Source: an uncultured delta proteobacterium
Lineage (GTDB): Bacteria; Myxococcota; Myxococcia; Myxococcales; Anaeromyxobacteraceae
Length of the DNA stretch: 64,000 bases
Direction of reading: 5' to 3'
Assembly (NCBI GenBank): GCA_963766715.1
Contig: CAVYBH010000013.1
Coordinates: forward strand, 160,001 to 224,000
This document shows, one piece after another, positions 43,847 to 54,848 of the stretch. A program made the position numbers and the translations under genes. The stretch's first letter is position 1. Each line of letters begins with the position of its first letter. The notes under the pieces were generated by a model. That model saw only the letters and a program-made list of their open reading frames with translations. It was not told the origin of the DNA and made no database searches.

Positions 43847-43886
43847 GAGCCCCGCACGTCGAAAGGCGCGCGGGGCTCGTCGTTTT
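43847..43886 (+). terminator. Putative intrinsic terminator after the ferredoxin
   Basis: GAGCCCCGCACGTC-GAAA-GGCGCGCGGGGCTC followed by GTCGTTTT. Confidence 0.6.
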
Positions 43887-43914
43887 CACCCCGCTCGGTC
43901 GGAGGGACGCTCGC

Positions 43915-45569
43915 ATGGACATGCTCACCGGTGGCCAGCTCGTCGCCCGGATGCTGAAGAAGGAGGGCGTCGGACACGGTCTTCACCCTCTCCGGCCTCC
44001 ACATCGCGCCCATCTACGTGGGGCTGGTCGAGGAGGGAATCCGGATCGTCGACACCCGCCACGAGCAGGCCGCGGCGCACGCCGCGGACGCCTGGGCCCG
44101 CCTGTCGCGCGGCGTGGGCGTCGCCATCGTGACCGCGGGCCCGGGCGTCACCGACGCGGTGACCGGCGTCGCCAACGCCTGGGCGGCGAACTCCCCGCTC
44201 CTCCTCATCGGCGGAGCCGCCCCCACCTTCAACCAGGGGCGCGGCTCCCTCCAGGAGATGCCCCAGACGCAGCTCTTCCAGGGCATCACCAAGTGGAGCG
44301 ATCGGGTGCCCTCGCCGGAGCTGCTCCCGAGCTACCTGGCCAAGGCCTTCCGCGTGGCCCGCGCCGGCCGACCCGGGCCGGTCTTCCTGGAGATCCCCTG
44401 GGACGTCCTCTCGAACGGCGCCGACGCGGCGATCGCCGACGGGATCACCCACTACCGGACCGACGCCCGCTCGCCGGGCGACCCGCACCGGGTGGAGGCG
44501 GCCATCGCGCTCCTCGCCGGGGCCGAGCGGCCGGTGATCCTGGGCGGCTCGTCGATCTGGTGGGACGACGCCTCCCTGGCCCTCGATCAGCTGGCCCGTC
44601 GCACCGGCATCCCGGTCTACCTGAACGGCATGGGGCGCGGTTGCCTGCCGCCGGACCACGCCGAGTTCTTCCAGCACACCCGCAAGGAGGCGCTCGGCGA
44701 GGCCGACGTGGTGCTGCTCGTGGGGACCCCGCTCGACTTCCGCGTGGGCTACGGCTCGGAGCCCACCTTCGCCGCCGGGGTGAAGGTGATCCAGGTGGAC
44801 ATCGACGCCGCCGAGATCGGGCGCAACCGCCCCATCGACGTGGGCATCGTCGGCGATTCCCGCAGCGTGCTCGTGCAGCTCGAGGCGGGCTCGAAGGCGG
44901 TCCCGGGCGCCCCCGCGTGGCGCCAGAAGCTGCGCGAGAGCGAGTCCCGCAAGCTCGCACCGGCAGGCGGCCTTCGAGGGGAGCGACCAGCGCCCCATCC
45001 ACCACTTCCGGCTCGGCAAGGAGATCGACGCCGCGGCCCGGCGCGCCGGCGACGTCACCTTCGTCGCCGACGGCGGGAACGTCGTGGCCGTGGCGGCCAA
45101 GAGCATCCAGCTGACGCGTCCCGGCCGCTGGCTCGACCCGGGTCCGCTCGGGTGCCTGGGAGTCGGGGCTCCGTTCGCGATGGCGGCCCGGCTCCACGCC
45201 CCGGATCGTCCGGTGGTGGTCATCCAGGGCGACGGATCGTTCGGCCTGAACGGCTTCGACTTCGAGACCGCGGTGCGGTTCAAGCTGCCCATGGTGGTCG
45301 TCGTCGGAAACGACGCGGCCTGGGGCCAGATCCTGATCCCGCAGCGGAGCATGTACGGCGAGGACAAGAGCCCGGCCACGCGGCTCGCCCCCACCCGCTA
45401 CGACCGGGTGGTGGAGGCGTTCGGCGGCAAGGGAGAGCACGTCGACGATCCCGCCGACCTCGCGCCGGCCCTCGACCGCGCCTTCGCCTCGGGAACGGTG
45501 TACTGCGTGGACGTGGCCATCGACCCCGAGTCCGCCGCGGCCTCGGGCGCCGCTGGCTACGCCGTCTGA
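43915..45569 (+). CDS. Thiamine-diphosphate enzyme, acetolactate synthase-like / 2-hydroxyacyl-CoA lyase family (frameshifts near 43975 and 44960)
   Basis: DTRHEQAAAHAADAW, TAGPGVTD, LDPGPLGCLG, GDGSFG...N. Confidence 0.88.
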
Positions 45570-45580
45570 CCGGAGGAACC

Positions 45581-46141
45581 ATGTCCGCCCCCCATCCGAA
45601 GCTCCATCGCGACCGCACGGTGATCCTCGTCGTCGACGTGCAGGACCGGCTCACGCCGGCCATGCCGCCCGAGACCCTCGCCCGCCTGGTGAAGTACGCC
45701 CGCGCCCTCATCCACTGCGGGAAGACGCTCGGGCTGCCGGTGCTCGCCACCGAGCAGTATCCGAAGGGGCTGGGGCGCACCATCCCCGAGCTGGCCGAGC
45801 TGCTCCCCTCCCCTCCGCTCGAGAAGGTCCACTTCTCCTGCGGCGCGGATCCCGTCTTCCAGCGCACGCTGGAGACCACCGGGCGCAAGCAGGTGGTGAT
45901 CACCGGCATGGAGACGCACGTCTGCGTCTTCCAGACCACGCGCGACCTGGTCGCCATGGGCTACGACGTGCAGGTCTGCGCCGACGCGGTGTCGAGCCGG
46001 ACGGAGGAGCACCGGGTCCGCGGGCTGGAGCTGGCCCGGCAGGCCGGGGCCACGGTGACCACCGCCGAGACCGCCATCTTCGACCTGCTGCACCAGGCCG
46101 CCACGCCCGAGTTCAAGGCCATTTCACCCTGGGTGAAATAG
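45581..46141 (+). CDS. Isochorismatase-family cysteine hydrolase
   Basis: VVDVQDRL, TEQYPKGLG, EKVHFSC, GMETHVCVFQT; RBS GGAGG. Confidence 0.9.
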   Translation: MSAPHPKLHRDRTVILVVDVQDRLTPAMPPETLARLVKYARALIHCGKTLGLPVLATEQYPKGLGRTIPELAELLPSPPLEKVHFSCGADPVFQRTLETTGRKQVVITGMETHVCVFQTTRDLVAMGYDVQVCADAVSSRTEEHRVRGLELARQAGATVTTAETAIFDLLHQAATPEFKAISPWVK

Positions 46142-46162
46142 GGCGCGGGCCCGGCCCGCGCG

Positions 46163-47359
46163 TCAGCGGACGTTCACGGCGATGCGGGGCAGCTGGGGGT
46201 TCACCCGCGTCGTGATCTCGTAGTGGATGGTCCCGGCCCATCCGGCCAGGGCCTCGGCGGTCACGACCTCCTCGCCGTCCCGCCCGAGCAGGACGGCCAC
46301 GTCGCCGGCCTCGGCCCCGGGGACGTCGGTCACGTCCACCATGAACATGTTCATGCAGATGCGCCCGAGCACCGGGGCCCGGTGGCCCCGCACCAGCACG
46401 TGGGCCCGGGACGAGAGCGCGCGCGAGTAGCCCTCGAAGTAGCCCACCGGGACGACGGCGATGCGCGTGCGCCGCAGCGCCCGCCAGGTCCGCCCGTATC
46501 CCACGTAGCCGCCGGCCGGGACGTCCTTCACCTGGGCCAGGAGCGCCTTCCAGGTCATCACCGGCTCGAGGGCGAAGCCGGCCAGCCCCCGCTCCCGCGC
46601 CGAGACCAGGGTCTCCCGCGACGGCCAGAGCCCGTAGAGGCCGATGCCGACCCGGGCCATGTCGAAGTGGGTGCGCGGGAAGAGGATGGCCGCCGCCGAG
46701 CAGGCGGTGTGCCGGACCGACGGGCGCTGTCCGGCGGCGGAGACCCGCTCGACACCCTCCGTGAACCGGGCCAGCTGCGCGTCGGCGTAGCCGTGATCGG
46801 TGGTGTCCTCGATGTCGGCGTAGTGGGTCGAGAGCCCCTCCAGCTCCACGTTGCGCTCGGCGGCGACGACGCGAGCGAGGGTCACCGCGTCGTCGATCTC
46901 GAGCCCCTGCCGGTGCGTGCCGGTCTCGAGCTTCAGGTGGACGCGGGCCGTCCGCCCCTGGGCGCGGGCGGCGCGCGCCAGCCCGGGGATGGCGGAGGCG
47001 TCGTACAGGGTGAGGCGCAGGTCGGCCGCCACGGCGGCCTCGTAGTCCTGGGGAGGCGTGTGTCCCAGGCAGAGGATGGGCACGCCCGGGCCGACGAGCG
47101 CCCGCAGCGGGATGCCCTCGTTCGCTCCCCACACCGCGAGCCAGGAGGCGCCGGCGCGCAGCGCGGCGGGCGCGACCAGCGCCACCCCGTGCCCGTAGGC
47201 CTCGCTCTTCACCACCGCCGCGAGCTTCGAGCCGCCCAGGCGTCCCTGGAAGGCGCGGATGTTCCCGGAGAGCGCGCCGAGGTCGATCTCGAGCCAGCTC
47301 ACGGTGCCGGGCGGGAGGCCGGCGGGTCGGGAGGCCGGTCGTGCATCGGGGGCGGACAT
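46163..47359 (-). CDS. alr: Alanine racemase
   Basis: AVVKSEAYGHG, HLKLETG, RVGIGLYG, VGYG, GRICMN, GTIHYE. Confidence 0.93.
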   Translation of the reverse strand: MSAPDARPASRPAGLPPGTVSWLEIDLGALSGNIRAFQGRLGGSKLAAVVKSEAYGHGVALVAPAALRAGASWLAVWGANEGIPLRALVGPGVPILCLGHTPPQDYEAAVAADLRLTLYDASAIPGLARAARAQGRTARVHLKLETGTHRQGLEIDDAVTLARVVAAERNVELEGLSTHYADIEDTTDHGYADAQLARFTEGVERVSAAGQRPSVRHTACSAAAILFPRTHFDMARVGIGLYGLWPSRETLVSARERGLAGFALEPVMTWKALLAQVKDVPAGGYVGYGRTWRALRRTRIAVVPVGYFEGYSRALSSRAHVLVRGHRAPVLGRICMNMFMVDVTDVPGAEAGDVAVLLGRDGEEVVTAEALAGWAGTIHYEITTRVNPQLPRIAVNVR

Positions 47360-47475
47360 GCGCGGAGTGTAGCCCGGGGAGGCTCCGGGCTCGACGATCC
47401 GGCCGAATTCGGCAGTGCCCCGAAGCGGTTGACCCTCGGGGGCGCGAGTGTTACCTATCGCGTCCCTGCAGTCCC

Positions 47476-47549
<74 letters not shown>

Positions 47550-47555
47550 CTTCGT

Positions 47556-47596
47556 AGCCCCCGAGATTACTCAGGAGTCACGGGGGTTTTTGTTTG
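47556..47596 (+). terminator. Intrinsic terminator after tRNA-Pro
   Basis: AGCCCCCG...CGGGGGTT imperfect stem followed by TTTTTGTTT. Confidence 0.7.
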
Positions 47597-49306
47597 TCTG
47601 GGGTCTTTCGGACTCCCGAGGCGCGGGGCCACGGCCGCGCGGTTGGCGTTGCTCGGCGGCGAAGAGTTGATGCAGGAACTGAATGGCGATGGAGCCTTCG
47701 CCGACCGCCGATGCGACCCGCTTCACCGCACCGTGGCGGACGTCGCCGGCGGCGAACACGCCTGGCATGCTCGACTCGAGGAGGAATGGACTGCGATCGA
47801 GAGGCCATGCGCGACGCCGTGGGACATCTGCTCCGGTGAGGACGAATCCCTGCTCGTCCCGTTCGACGTCCGCCGGAAGCCAGTCGGTGTTGGGCTGGGC
47901 TCCGATCAGCAGGAAGAGCGCGTTCGCCTCGACCGCGGCTTCCGTCTCGCGACCCGGTGTCGCGCAGCACCAGGTGCTCGAGCCGGCCGTCGCCGCCGCC
48001 GCCCACCACCTGGCAGCCGAGTCGGGCCTGGATGTTGTCGGTCGCCTCGATCTGACGAGCGAGGTACTCGGACATCCCGGCGCGGAGCGAATCGGCCCGC
48101 ACCACGAGCGTGACGGTGCGGGCGTAGCGGGCGAGGTGCAGCGCGGCTTGCCCCGCCGAGTTGGCGCCTCCGACGATGAAGACGTCGCGACCCGTGTATG
48201 CCGATGCCTCGGATGTCGGACCCCCGTAGAACACGCCCGCCCCGATCAGCGCCTCCAGCGCCGGCACGTCGAGCCGGCGATACCTGGCGCCCATCGCCAG
48301 GATCACCGCGGAGCAGCGCACCGGGCCGCTGTCGGACAGCGTGACCACGAGCTGGCCCCCGTCACGCGCGAGCCCGGTGACCGACTGCATGAACACGAAC
48401 TCCGCCCCGAACACCCACGCCTGGTTGTACGCGCTCTGGGCCAGCTGCCGGCCGCTGATGCCGCGCGGGAACCCGAGGTAGTTCCGGATGAGCGAGCTCG
48501 ACGTGGCCTGGCCGCCGATGCCGCCCTTGTCGACCACCAGCGTGCGGAACCCTTCCGAGGCGCCGTACACCGCGGCCGACAGGCCCGCGGGACCGGCCCC
48601 GACGATGACGACGTCGAAGTCCACCCGCTCGGGGTTGACGGCACCGCCGGCGGCCACGGCCACCTCGGCGTTGCTCGGGTTCTCGAGGACGTGCCGTTGG
48701 GGAACACGACGAGCGGGAGCTTGGCCCCCTCGGGGGCCGCGGCGACCAGCGCCCGACCCTCGTCCGAGTCGGCCAGGCAGAAGTTGTGCACCATCGCGCA
48801 CTGCTTGAGCGCCTCGCGCAGCTCGTAGGCCCGGCCCGACCACGACTCGCCCACGATGTGTACCGTGTTCGGCGCGGCTCGGTTCGCATCCCACCACTCG
48901 AGCAGCATGCTCGAGATCGTCTGGTGGAAGAGCTCGTCGGGCGACTCCGCCGGCCGGAGGACGTAGTGATCGAACCGACCGTCGGCCACGCCCTCGAAGA
49001 TCTCGTCCCCGACCGCCTTCTGGCCCCAGTCGCCGAACGCCACCACCAGGGCTCGCTTGGCCCGGGGGTGGATCCGCCGGACCTCGGCGAGCAGCTCGCT
49101 GGTGGACGCCGCACCGACCGGCCGGCGAGCACCAGGGCGACTTCGACGCCGGAGGCGGCAAAATCCGCGAGGCGTGCACGCGCCTCCCCGGGCGATCGCA
49201 CGCAGACCACCTGGTAGTGCCGCGCGTACCGATCGCGCAGCTCGCGTTCGATGTCGCCCAGCAGGCTCTGATCGTCGTCGATGGCGAGCAGGACGGGCGG
49301 GCCCAT
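47571..49306 (-). CDS. Thioredoxin-reductase-like FAD oxidoreductase with N-terminal pseudo-receiver domain (several frameshifts)
   Basis: LLAIDDD; IVGAGPAGLSAAVYGASEG; IRNYLGFP; VGGANSAGQAA; VFAAGDVR..VKRVASAVGEG. Confidence 0.85.
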
Positions 49307-49490
49307 GGCGCGCATTCTAGGTTACATGCTGCAGGCGACCGGTCGACGCGACGGCGGCTGAACCTGAATGCCGGGATTTTATCGCGCGAGGACGGTGAAG
49401 TGAATGACTCCCGTCGCCGCAAGGAGGGGTCGCCATGTCGACCAGCTGCCCGCGGCACCGCGTGAGGGCTGTGGTACGCGGTCGACCCGG

Positions 49491-50312
49491 ATGCCACCGA
49501 ACCCCTTCTCGAACGCCGCACATCGGCTGCGAAGTGGCGGGTGGATGGCATCTACTTCGTCGTCCTCGCCGGCCTGCTCCTCCCGCTGCTCCTCGTCGCG
49601 CGCGGGCGTGGCACGGACGTGCCGCCGTATCAGCAGCTGGCCGTCGTCCTGGCCGCCTCGTCGATCTGCCAGGCATTGCTCGGGGAACCACTTCCCCGGC
49701 TCCTGGGGCCGCTCGACGGGCGTTGGCCGAGGGAGTTCCTCCTGGGCGGCCTGGGAGGCTTGCTGCTGATGGCCGTTCCGGCGCTGGCGCTCGGCCTGGC
49801 CGGCGTGTTGAGGTGGCGGCTCGACGCGAGCGGGGCCGCTGCCCTCTGGCCCGAGCTGGCGCTCCTGGCCGCCGCAGTGGCGACGGAGGAGCTCCTCTTC
49901 CGGGGATTCCTGTTCCGGCGCCTCCTCGACGGACTGGGAACCTGGCCAGCCCAGCTGATCATCGCGGCGCTCTTCATGCTCACCCACTCCGATGCGCTGC
50001 GCGGGCTGGGACCCCTGGGCTACCTCGCCGGCGCGAACATCTTTCTCGCCTCGATCCTGTTCGGGCTCGCGTACCTGCGGACCCGGAGCCTCGCCATGCC
50101 TTTGGGCCTGCACCTCGCCGCCAACGTCACACAGGGCCCCATCCTGGGATTTGGCGTGAGCGGAATCCGAAGGAGCGAGGCTGCTCGTCCCGCATCCCTC
50201 CAGTGCCCCGGACTGGCTGTACGGGGGGGCGTTCGGGCTCGAGGCCAGCGTGCCCGGACTGGCGTGCGTGGTCGCACTCGTCGTGATTCTCCGGGGCTGG
50301 CGCCCGCGATAG
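49491..50312 (+). CDS. CPBP (CAAX/Abi) intramembrane protease (frameshifted)
   Basis: EELLFRG, LFMLTH, PLGLHLAAN, GGAFGLEAS; several TM segments. Confidence 0.82.
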
Positions 50313-50326
50313 GACGCTGCCGCGGC

Positions 50327-52222
50327 TCAGGCGGAATCGAGGGCCTTCCTCACCCGCTCCTGCAGCCGCGAGGTCGCGAAGGGCTTCCTCAGGACCTCGA
50401 TCCCCGGGTCGAGCATCCCCGCCTTGGAGATGATGTCGTGCGCGTATCCCGACATGTAGAGGACGCGAAGATCCGGCCGCCTCCGGCGTAGCTCGTCGGC
50501 CAGCTCCCGTCCGTTCTGTCCCGGCATGATGACGTCGGTGAGCAGCAGGTCGAACGCGTGCTCCTCTCGCGCTGCGACCTCCAGCGCCTCGCGGCCGCTG
50601 CCGGCGACGATCACCCGGTACCCGGCGGCGCTGAGCGAGCGGAAGGCGGCCTTGCGGACGAGCGGATCGTCCTCGACGACCAGGATGGTCTCGGAGCCTC
50701 GAGTCGACGTGGGCGCTGCCTCCACGACCGCGACGATCTCCTCGGACGTCCGGGGGAAGTACACGTCGAAGGTCGTGCCACGCTCCGGCTCGCTCTCCAG
50801 GAGGATGGCCCCTCCGCTCTGCTTCACGATGCCGTACACCGTCGCGAGACCGAGACCGGTCCCCTTCCCCTGCGGCTTGGTCGTGAAGAACGGCTCGAAC
50901 GCGTGGCCCTTCACCTCGGGCGTCATTCCCACCCCGGTGTCGCTGACCCTCAGCCGGACGTGGGGCCCGACGTGCATGAACCGCTGCTGCGCGACGAAAT
51001 CGTCGTCGATCTGCACGTTCGCGGTCTCGATGGTGAGCTTGCCGCCGTCCGGCATCGCGTCGCGGGCGTTGATGGCGAGGTTCAGGATCACCTGCTCGAT
51101 CTGCCCCGCATCGCACCGCACCGTCCAGACCTCGGGCTCCAGGGTCGTGACGAGCTGGACGTCCTCTCCCAGTGCCCGATGCAGCAGCTTCTCGCTCTCG
51201 CGAACGACGCCGTTCAGGTCGAGGGGCACGGGCGCGATGACCTGCTTGCGAGCGAACGCGAGCAGCTGCCGGGTCAGCTCCTCGGCCCGGCGCCCCGCCG
51301 TCAGGACGTCGTCGACCAGCTCCGAGCGCGCCGAGGCCTCCATGCCCTCCTGCTTCAGCGATTCCGCACAGCTCAGGATGACCGTGAGGAGGTTGTTGAA
51401 GTCGTGCGCGATCCCCCCTGCGAGCCGCCCGACGCTCTCCAGCTTCTGCGACTGGTGGAACTGCTGCTCGAGCTCCTTGCGCTCCCTGTCGGCCCGCTTG
51501 CGCTCCGTGATGTCGCGGATGTTGCACTGGATCACGCTCTGGCCGTCGACACGGTAGACGTTGCTGATGAACTCGACGGCGATCTCGCGCCCGTCGCGCC
51601 CCAGCAGGGGGAGGTCCTCGTAGCGCACGTATTCCTTCGCTTGCAGGTCGGCGAACGAGGCCTTGGAATCGGCCTTGTCCTTGAAGGGGCCGATCTCCCA
51701 GAGGTGCAGGCCCAGGAAGTCGGTCCTCGAGTAGCCCGTCAGCTCGACCAGGAACGGGTTGACGTCGACGATCTTCCCGGTCTCGGCGTCGAGGATCAGG
51801 ATGCCGTCCTTGGCCGCCTCGAAGAGGCGGCGGTACCGCGTCTCGGACGCCTCGAGGGCATGGGCCGCCTTGGTTCGCTCGGTGATGTCGGTGATGACGC
51901 CGACGAGGAACCGGCGGCCGTCGCGGGCGAGGTGGAGCGACTTCCGCGTGAGGATGACGTTCTCCCGACCGGCGCCGTCCGTGAAGAGTTCCTCGTTCTC
52001 GCAGACGCGCCCGGTCGCGAAGACCTGGTCGTCCTTCTCCCGGAAGGCCTCGGCCTCCTCGAGGGGGAAGAAGTCGTGATCGGTCTTCCCGAGCAGTCGC
52101 TCCCGCTCGTACCCCATGAACTTGCAGTAGCTGTCGTTGAGCAGCACCCAGCGGCGTCCCTCGTCCTTCACGAAGACGGGGTTCGGCAAGGCTTCCAGGA
52201 TGTCCTCGAGCATGTCGATCAT
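50327..52222 (-). CDS. Hybrid sensor kinase PAS-PAS-HisKA-HATPase-receiver
   Basis: AGGIAHDFNNLL, NARDAM, DTGVGM, FFTTK..GKGTGLGL, LLLTDVIMPG. Confidence 0.93.
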   Translation of the reverse strand: MIDMLEDILEALPNPVFVKDEGRRWVLLNDSYCKFMGYERERLLGKTDHDFFPLEEAEAFREKDDQVFATGRVCENEELFTDGAGRENVILTRKSLHLARDGRRFLVGVITDITERTKAAHALEASETRYRRLFEAAKDGILILDAETGKIVDVNPFLVELTGYSRTDFLGLHLWEIGPFKDKADSKASFADLQAKEYVRYEDLPLLGRDGREIAVEFISNVYRVDGQSVIQCNIRDITERKRADRERKELEQQFHQSQKLESVGRLAGGIAHDFNNLLTVILSCAESLKQEGMEASARSELVDDVLTAGRRAEELTRQLLAFARKQVIAPVPLDLNGVVRESEKLLHRALGEDVQLVTTLEPEVWTVRCDAGQIEQVILNLAINARDAMPDGGKLTIETANVQIDDDFVAQQRFMHVGPHVRLRVSDTGVGMTPEVKGHAFEPFFTTKPQGKGTGLGLATVYGIVKQSGGAILLESEPERGTTFDVYFPRTSEEIVAVVEAAPTSTRGSETILVVEDDPLVRKAAFRSLSAAGYRVIVAGSGREALEVAAREEHAFDLLLTDVIMPGQNGRELADELRRRRPDLRVLYMSGYAHDIISKAGMLDPGIEVLRKPFATSRLQERVRKALDSA

Positions 52223-52278
52223 CCGCCTTGCGGGAAGTATGTGCACCCGCCCCGATTCGCTTTCCCCGCCATCCGGGT

Positions 52279-54061
52279 CTACGGGTTTTGGCGTACCTGG
52301 CGCGCGAGGAGGCCCCGGGCGACGCAAGCAGGAGGCGCGAGATCTCCGCTCGCGCCTGGGCCAGCGAGGAGACCACCAGATCGGCGCCCGCGTCCCGGAG
52401 CCGTCCGGCGGCGCGTGCGGGGTCGACGTCCGGCTCGTCGGGTCGGAAGGCCACCAGGGTCAATCGAGGGAAGCGACCCTTGATCCCCTGGCAGAGCCTG
52501 CGCGCGTGGGGGCCACCCTCCGGAGCGAACGACCCGATGCACACCACGTCGGGTGAGACCTGTTCCACCCGGGCGAGGACCTCGGTCAGGCCTCGACGTC
52601 GCGGGCATCACCTCCATCCTCGCGTGCTCGGCTTCGAGCTCGACGGCGAGCATCTCCAGCAGGAGCTCGCTCTCGGCCCGGTGGGCCGCGACACCCAGCG
52701 CCCGGATCGGCCCCGCGACCTCCGCACCTCCCTTCTCCCTCGCGAGGTGCTCGAAGATGTCCCGCGACCAGGTCACGATGAGTGCCTGGTCGTCGGCGGA
52801 GATCCTCCCTCGCACCAGGTCGCGGGTGGAAAGGGAGATGGTCGGGACCACGATCCGATCGACCACTCCGCCGCGGCCGAGCTCGTCCAGGCTCGCCTGG
52901 ACGAGCTCGGAGGCCCCGTCCTCGTCCCGTGCCAGGAGCCGCTGGTAGAAGCTGATCTCCGGTCCGATCACTTGCTCGTCCCCCAGCAGGACCGCCAGGA
53001 ACTCGAGGTCCGGGACGTGGCGGCCGAGCACCGCCAGCGACACGGTGATCGGGATCGCGAGCGCCAGCCCCACCGGCCCCCAGATCCATGCCCAGAAGAA
53101 GGCCGAGAGCAGGAGCGCGATCGACGAGACGCCGGTGCGACGTCCGAAGAGCACCGGCTCGATGCCGTAGGCCGTCACCAGGTCCATCCCGACGAACAGT
53201 CCGATCGTGAGGAGGGTCCGGGACCAGCCCGGGTAGATCGCGAACGCGAGCGCCGCAGGCATCAGCATCGATGCGATCGAGCCCGAGATACGGGACGAAT
53301 CGCGCGAGCGCGGCCACGGCGCCCCAGAGCACCGCGTATGGAACCCCGATGAGGTACAGGCCGGCGCCCACGACCACGCCGAACAGGGCGTTGACCATCG
53401 TCTGGTCTCGCAGGTACCGGGTGACCCGCAACGCACCCTCGTCGAGCGCCCGGGTCGTCGAGGTCACGTTGCCCGTGCCCACCAGGCTGATGAGCCGGTT
53501 CCGGAGGTCGTTCCGCCGGGCGAGCATGAACACGCACAGGACGAGGACGAAGAGCGCCGTGATCAGGGGTTCTGCCAGCGGCTCGATCAGGTCCCAGAGG
53601 TGCGCCGCCCGGGACACGCGGGCCGGGACGAGGCGCACCACGTCCTCGTCGGCCCCACCCTTCTTCTCGAGTCCGTCGGCGACCCGGGCGATCATGACCT
53701 CGACCCGTGCGAGGGGGCCGCCGGCTCCGGATTGCAGGGCCACCACCTTCCGGCGCATCGATTCCGTGTACTTGCCGAGCTGGGTGGTGAGATCGTCGAA
53801 CTGCGTCACGAGGACGAATCCGGCGCCTCCCATGGTCCCGGCAGCGAGCAGCATCACGAGCGCCAGCGCGGGAAGGCGGGAGAGTCGTCGCTCGAGCCAC
53901 TTCATCGGCGAGGTGAGGATGAACGCCAGGACGGCGGCGAAGGCGACGGGCAGCAGGAAGGGGCGTCCCCGGGAGAGGATCGCCACCACCAGTGCCCCGG
54001 CCGCGAGCTTCGCGACGAGCGACAGGGCCCTGGTCAGCGAGGAGGGGATGCCGCGGTCCAC
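52279..54061 (-). CDS. AI-2E (PerM) family transporter with cytoplasmic C-terminal domain (frameshifts; both ends uncertain)
   Basis: LARFVPYLG, IEPVLFGRRTGVS, WIWGPVGLALAIPITV, FYQRLLARD. Confidence 0.82.
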
Positions 54062-54316
54062 GGTCAGTGCTGCGCGAAGCGGTCCTTCGCCTCGGCGACG
54101 CTCGACGACTTCGTTCCGAGGGTTCCCATGCGCGCTCCTCTTCTCGAGTTCCGGGGCATCAGGAGAAGCCCGCTCCCGCCGCCAGGAGGACACTGCACCC
54201 CCCGTGCCGCGACCGCTGGACTGCAATCCCCCGCCGTCGCTCGGCCCGGAGGTGCGGGTTCACGCGGACGGCCGTTCGCGGGCGCGCCGTGAACGTTCGC
54301 GAGAGATGAGCCTCCC

Positions 54317-54724
54317 TCACGGATGGGCGCGCGCCCTCAGGTAGTCGCCGATGCGCTGGTCGCTCGACGTCACGTGGTCCCTCAGCCAGAGATCCAGGAA
54401 GCCGACCAGGGCGAGGAGCAGGGCGGTCGAGGCGCCCTCGGATTCCCAGTGCGGCACCAGGGCGCCGAGCCTGCGCTGGAAATCGGCGTGCTGACGCACG
54501 TGCTCGCGGAGACCCGGGTATCTCGCCTCCCGCAGCAATCGCTCCTCCGCTCCCAGGTGGACCGTCGCGTACCGGGTGAGGAAGCCGAACAGCTCGGCCA
54601 GGCGGTGGTTCGGCTCCCGCGCCTTCACGGCCGCCTCGAAGCACGCCGCCTTCTCGAAGAGGGCCTGGTGCTGGGCATCGATCTCGGGCACGCCGATGGA
54701 GAGCGAAGGCTTCCAGGAGATCAT
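54317..54724 (-). CDS. Bacteriohemerythrin
   Basis: W..SLSIGVPEIDAQH, HLGAEE, HVRQH, WLRDHVTSSD: all di-iron ligands present. Confidence 0.9.
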   Translation of the reverse strand: MISWKPSLSIGVPEIDAQHQALFEKAACFEAAVKAREPNHRLAELFGFLTRYATVHLGAEERLLREARYPGLREHVRQHADFQRRLGALVPHWESEGASTALLLALVGFLDLWLRDHVTSSDQRIGDYLRARAHP

Positions 54725-54848
54725 CAGCCACTCCTTGCAGGGAACCGGGTTCACGACGGTCCTCGCGGCACACTGTCACATGCTCACGGGACACCTGACG
54801 CAGTGAGTCACGGAGGAGATGTGCGCAACAAGGACCGCTGTAGGCGGT

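Noticed and set aside
44018..46141. TPP enzyme-isochorismatase fusion
   Set aside because: The TPP C-terminus continues in another frame to TGA 45569 and the hydrolase has its own RBS and ATG
49435..50286. ORF from ATG 49435 with a strong SD-like sequence
   Set aside because: Translation is not protein-like and overlaps the CPBP gene out of frame; ATG 49491 fits the family better
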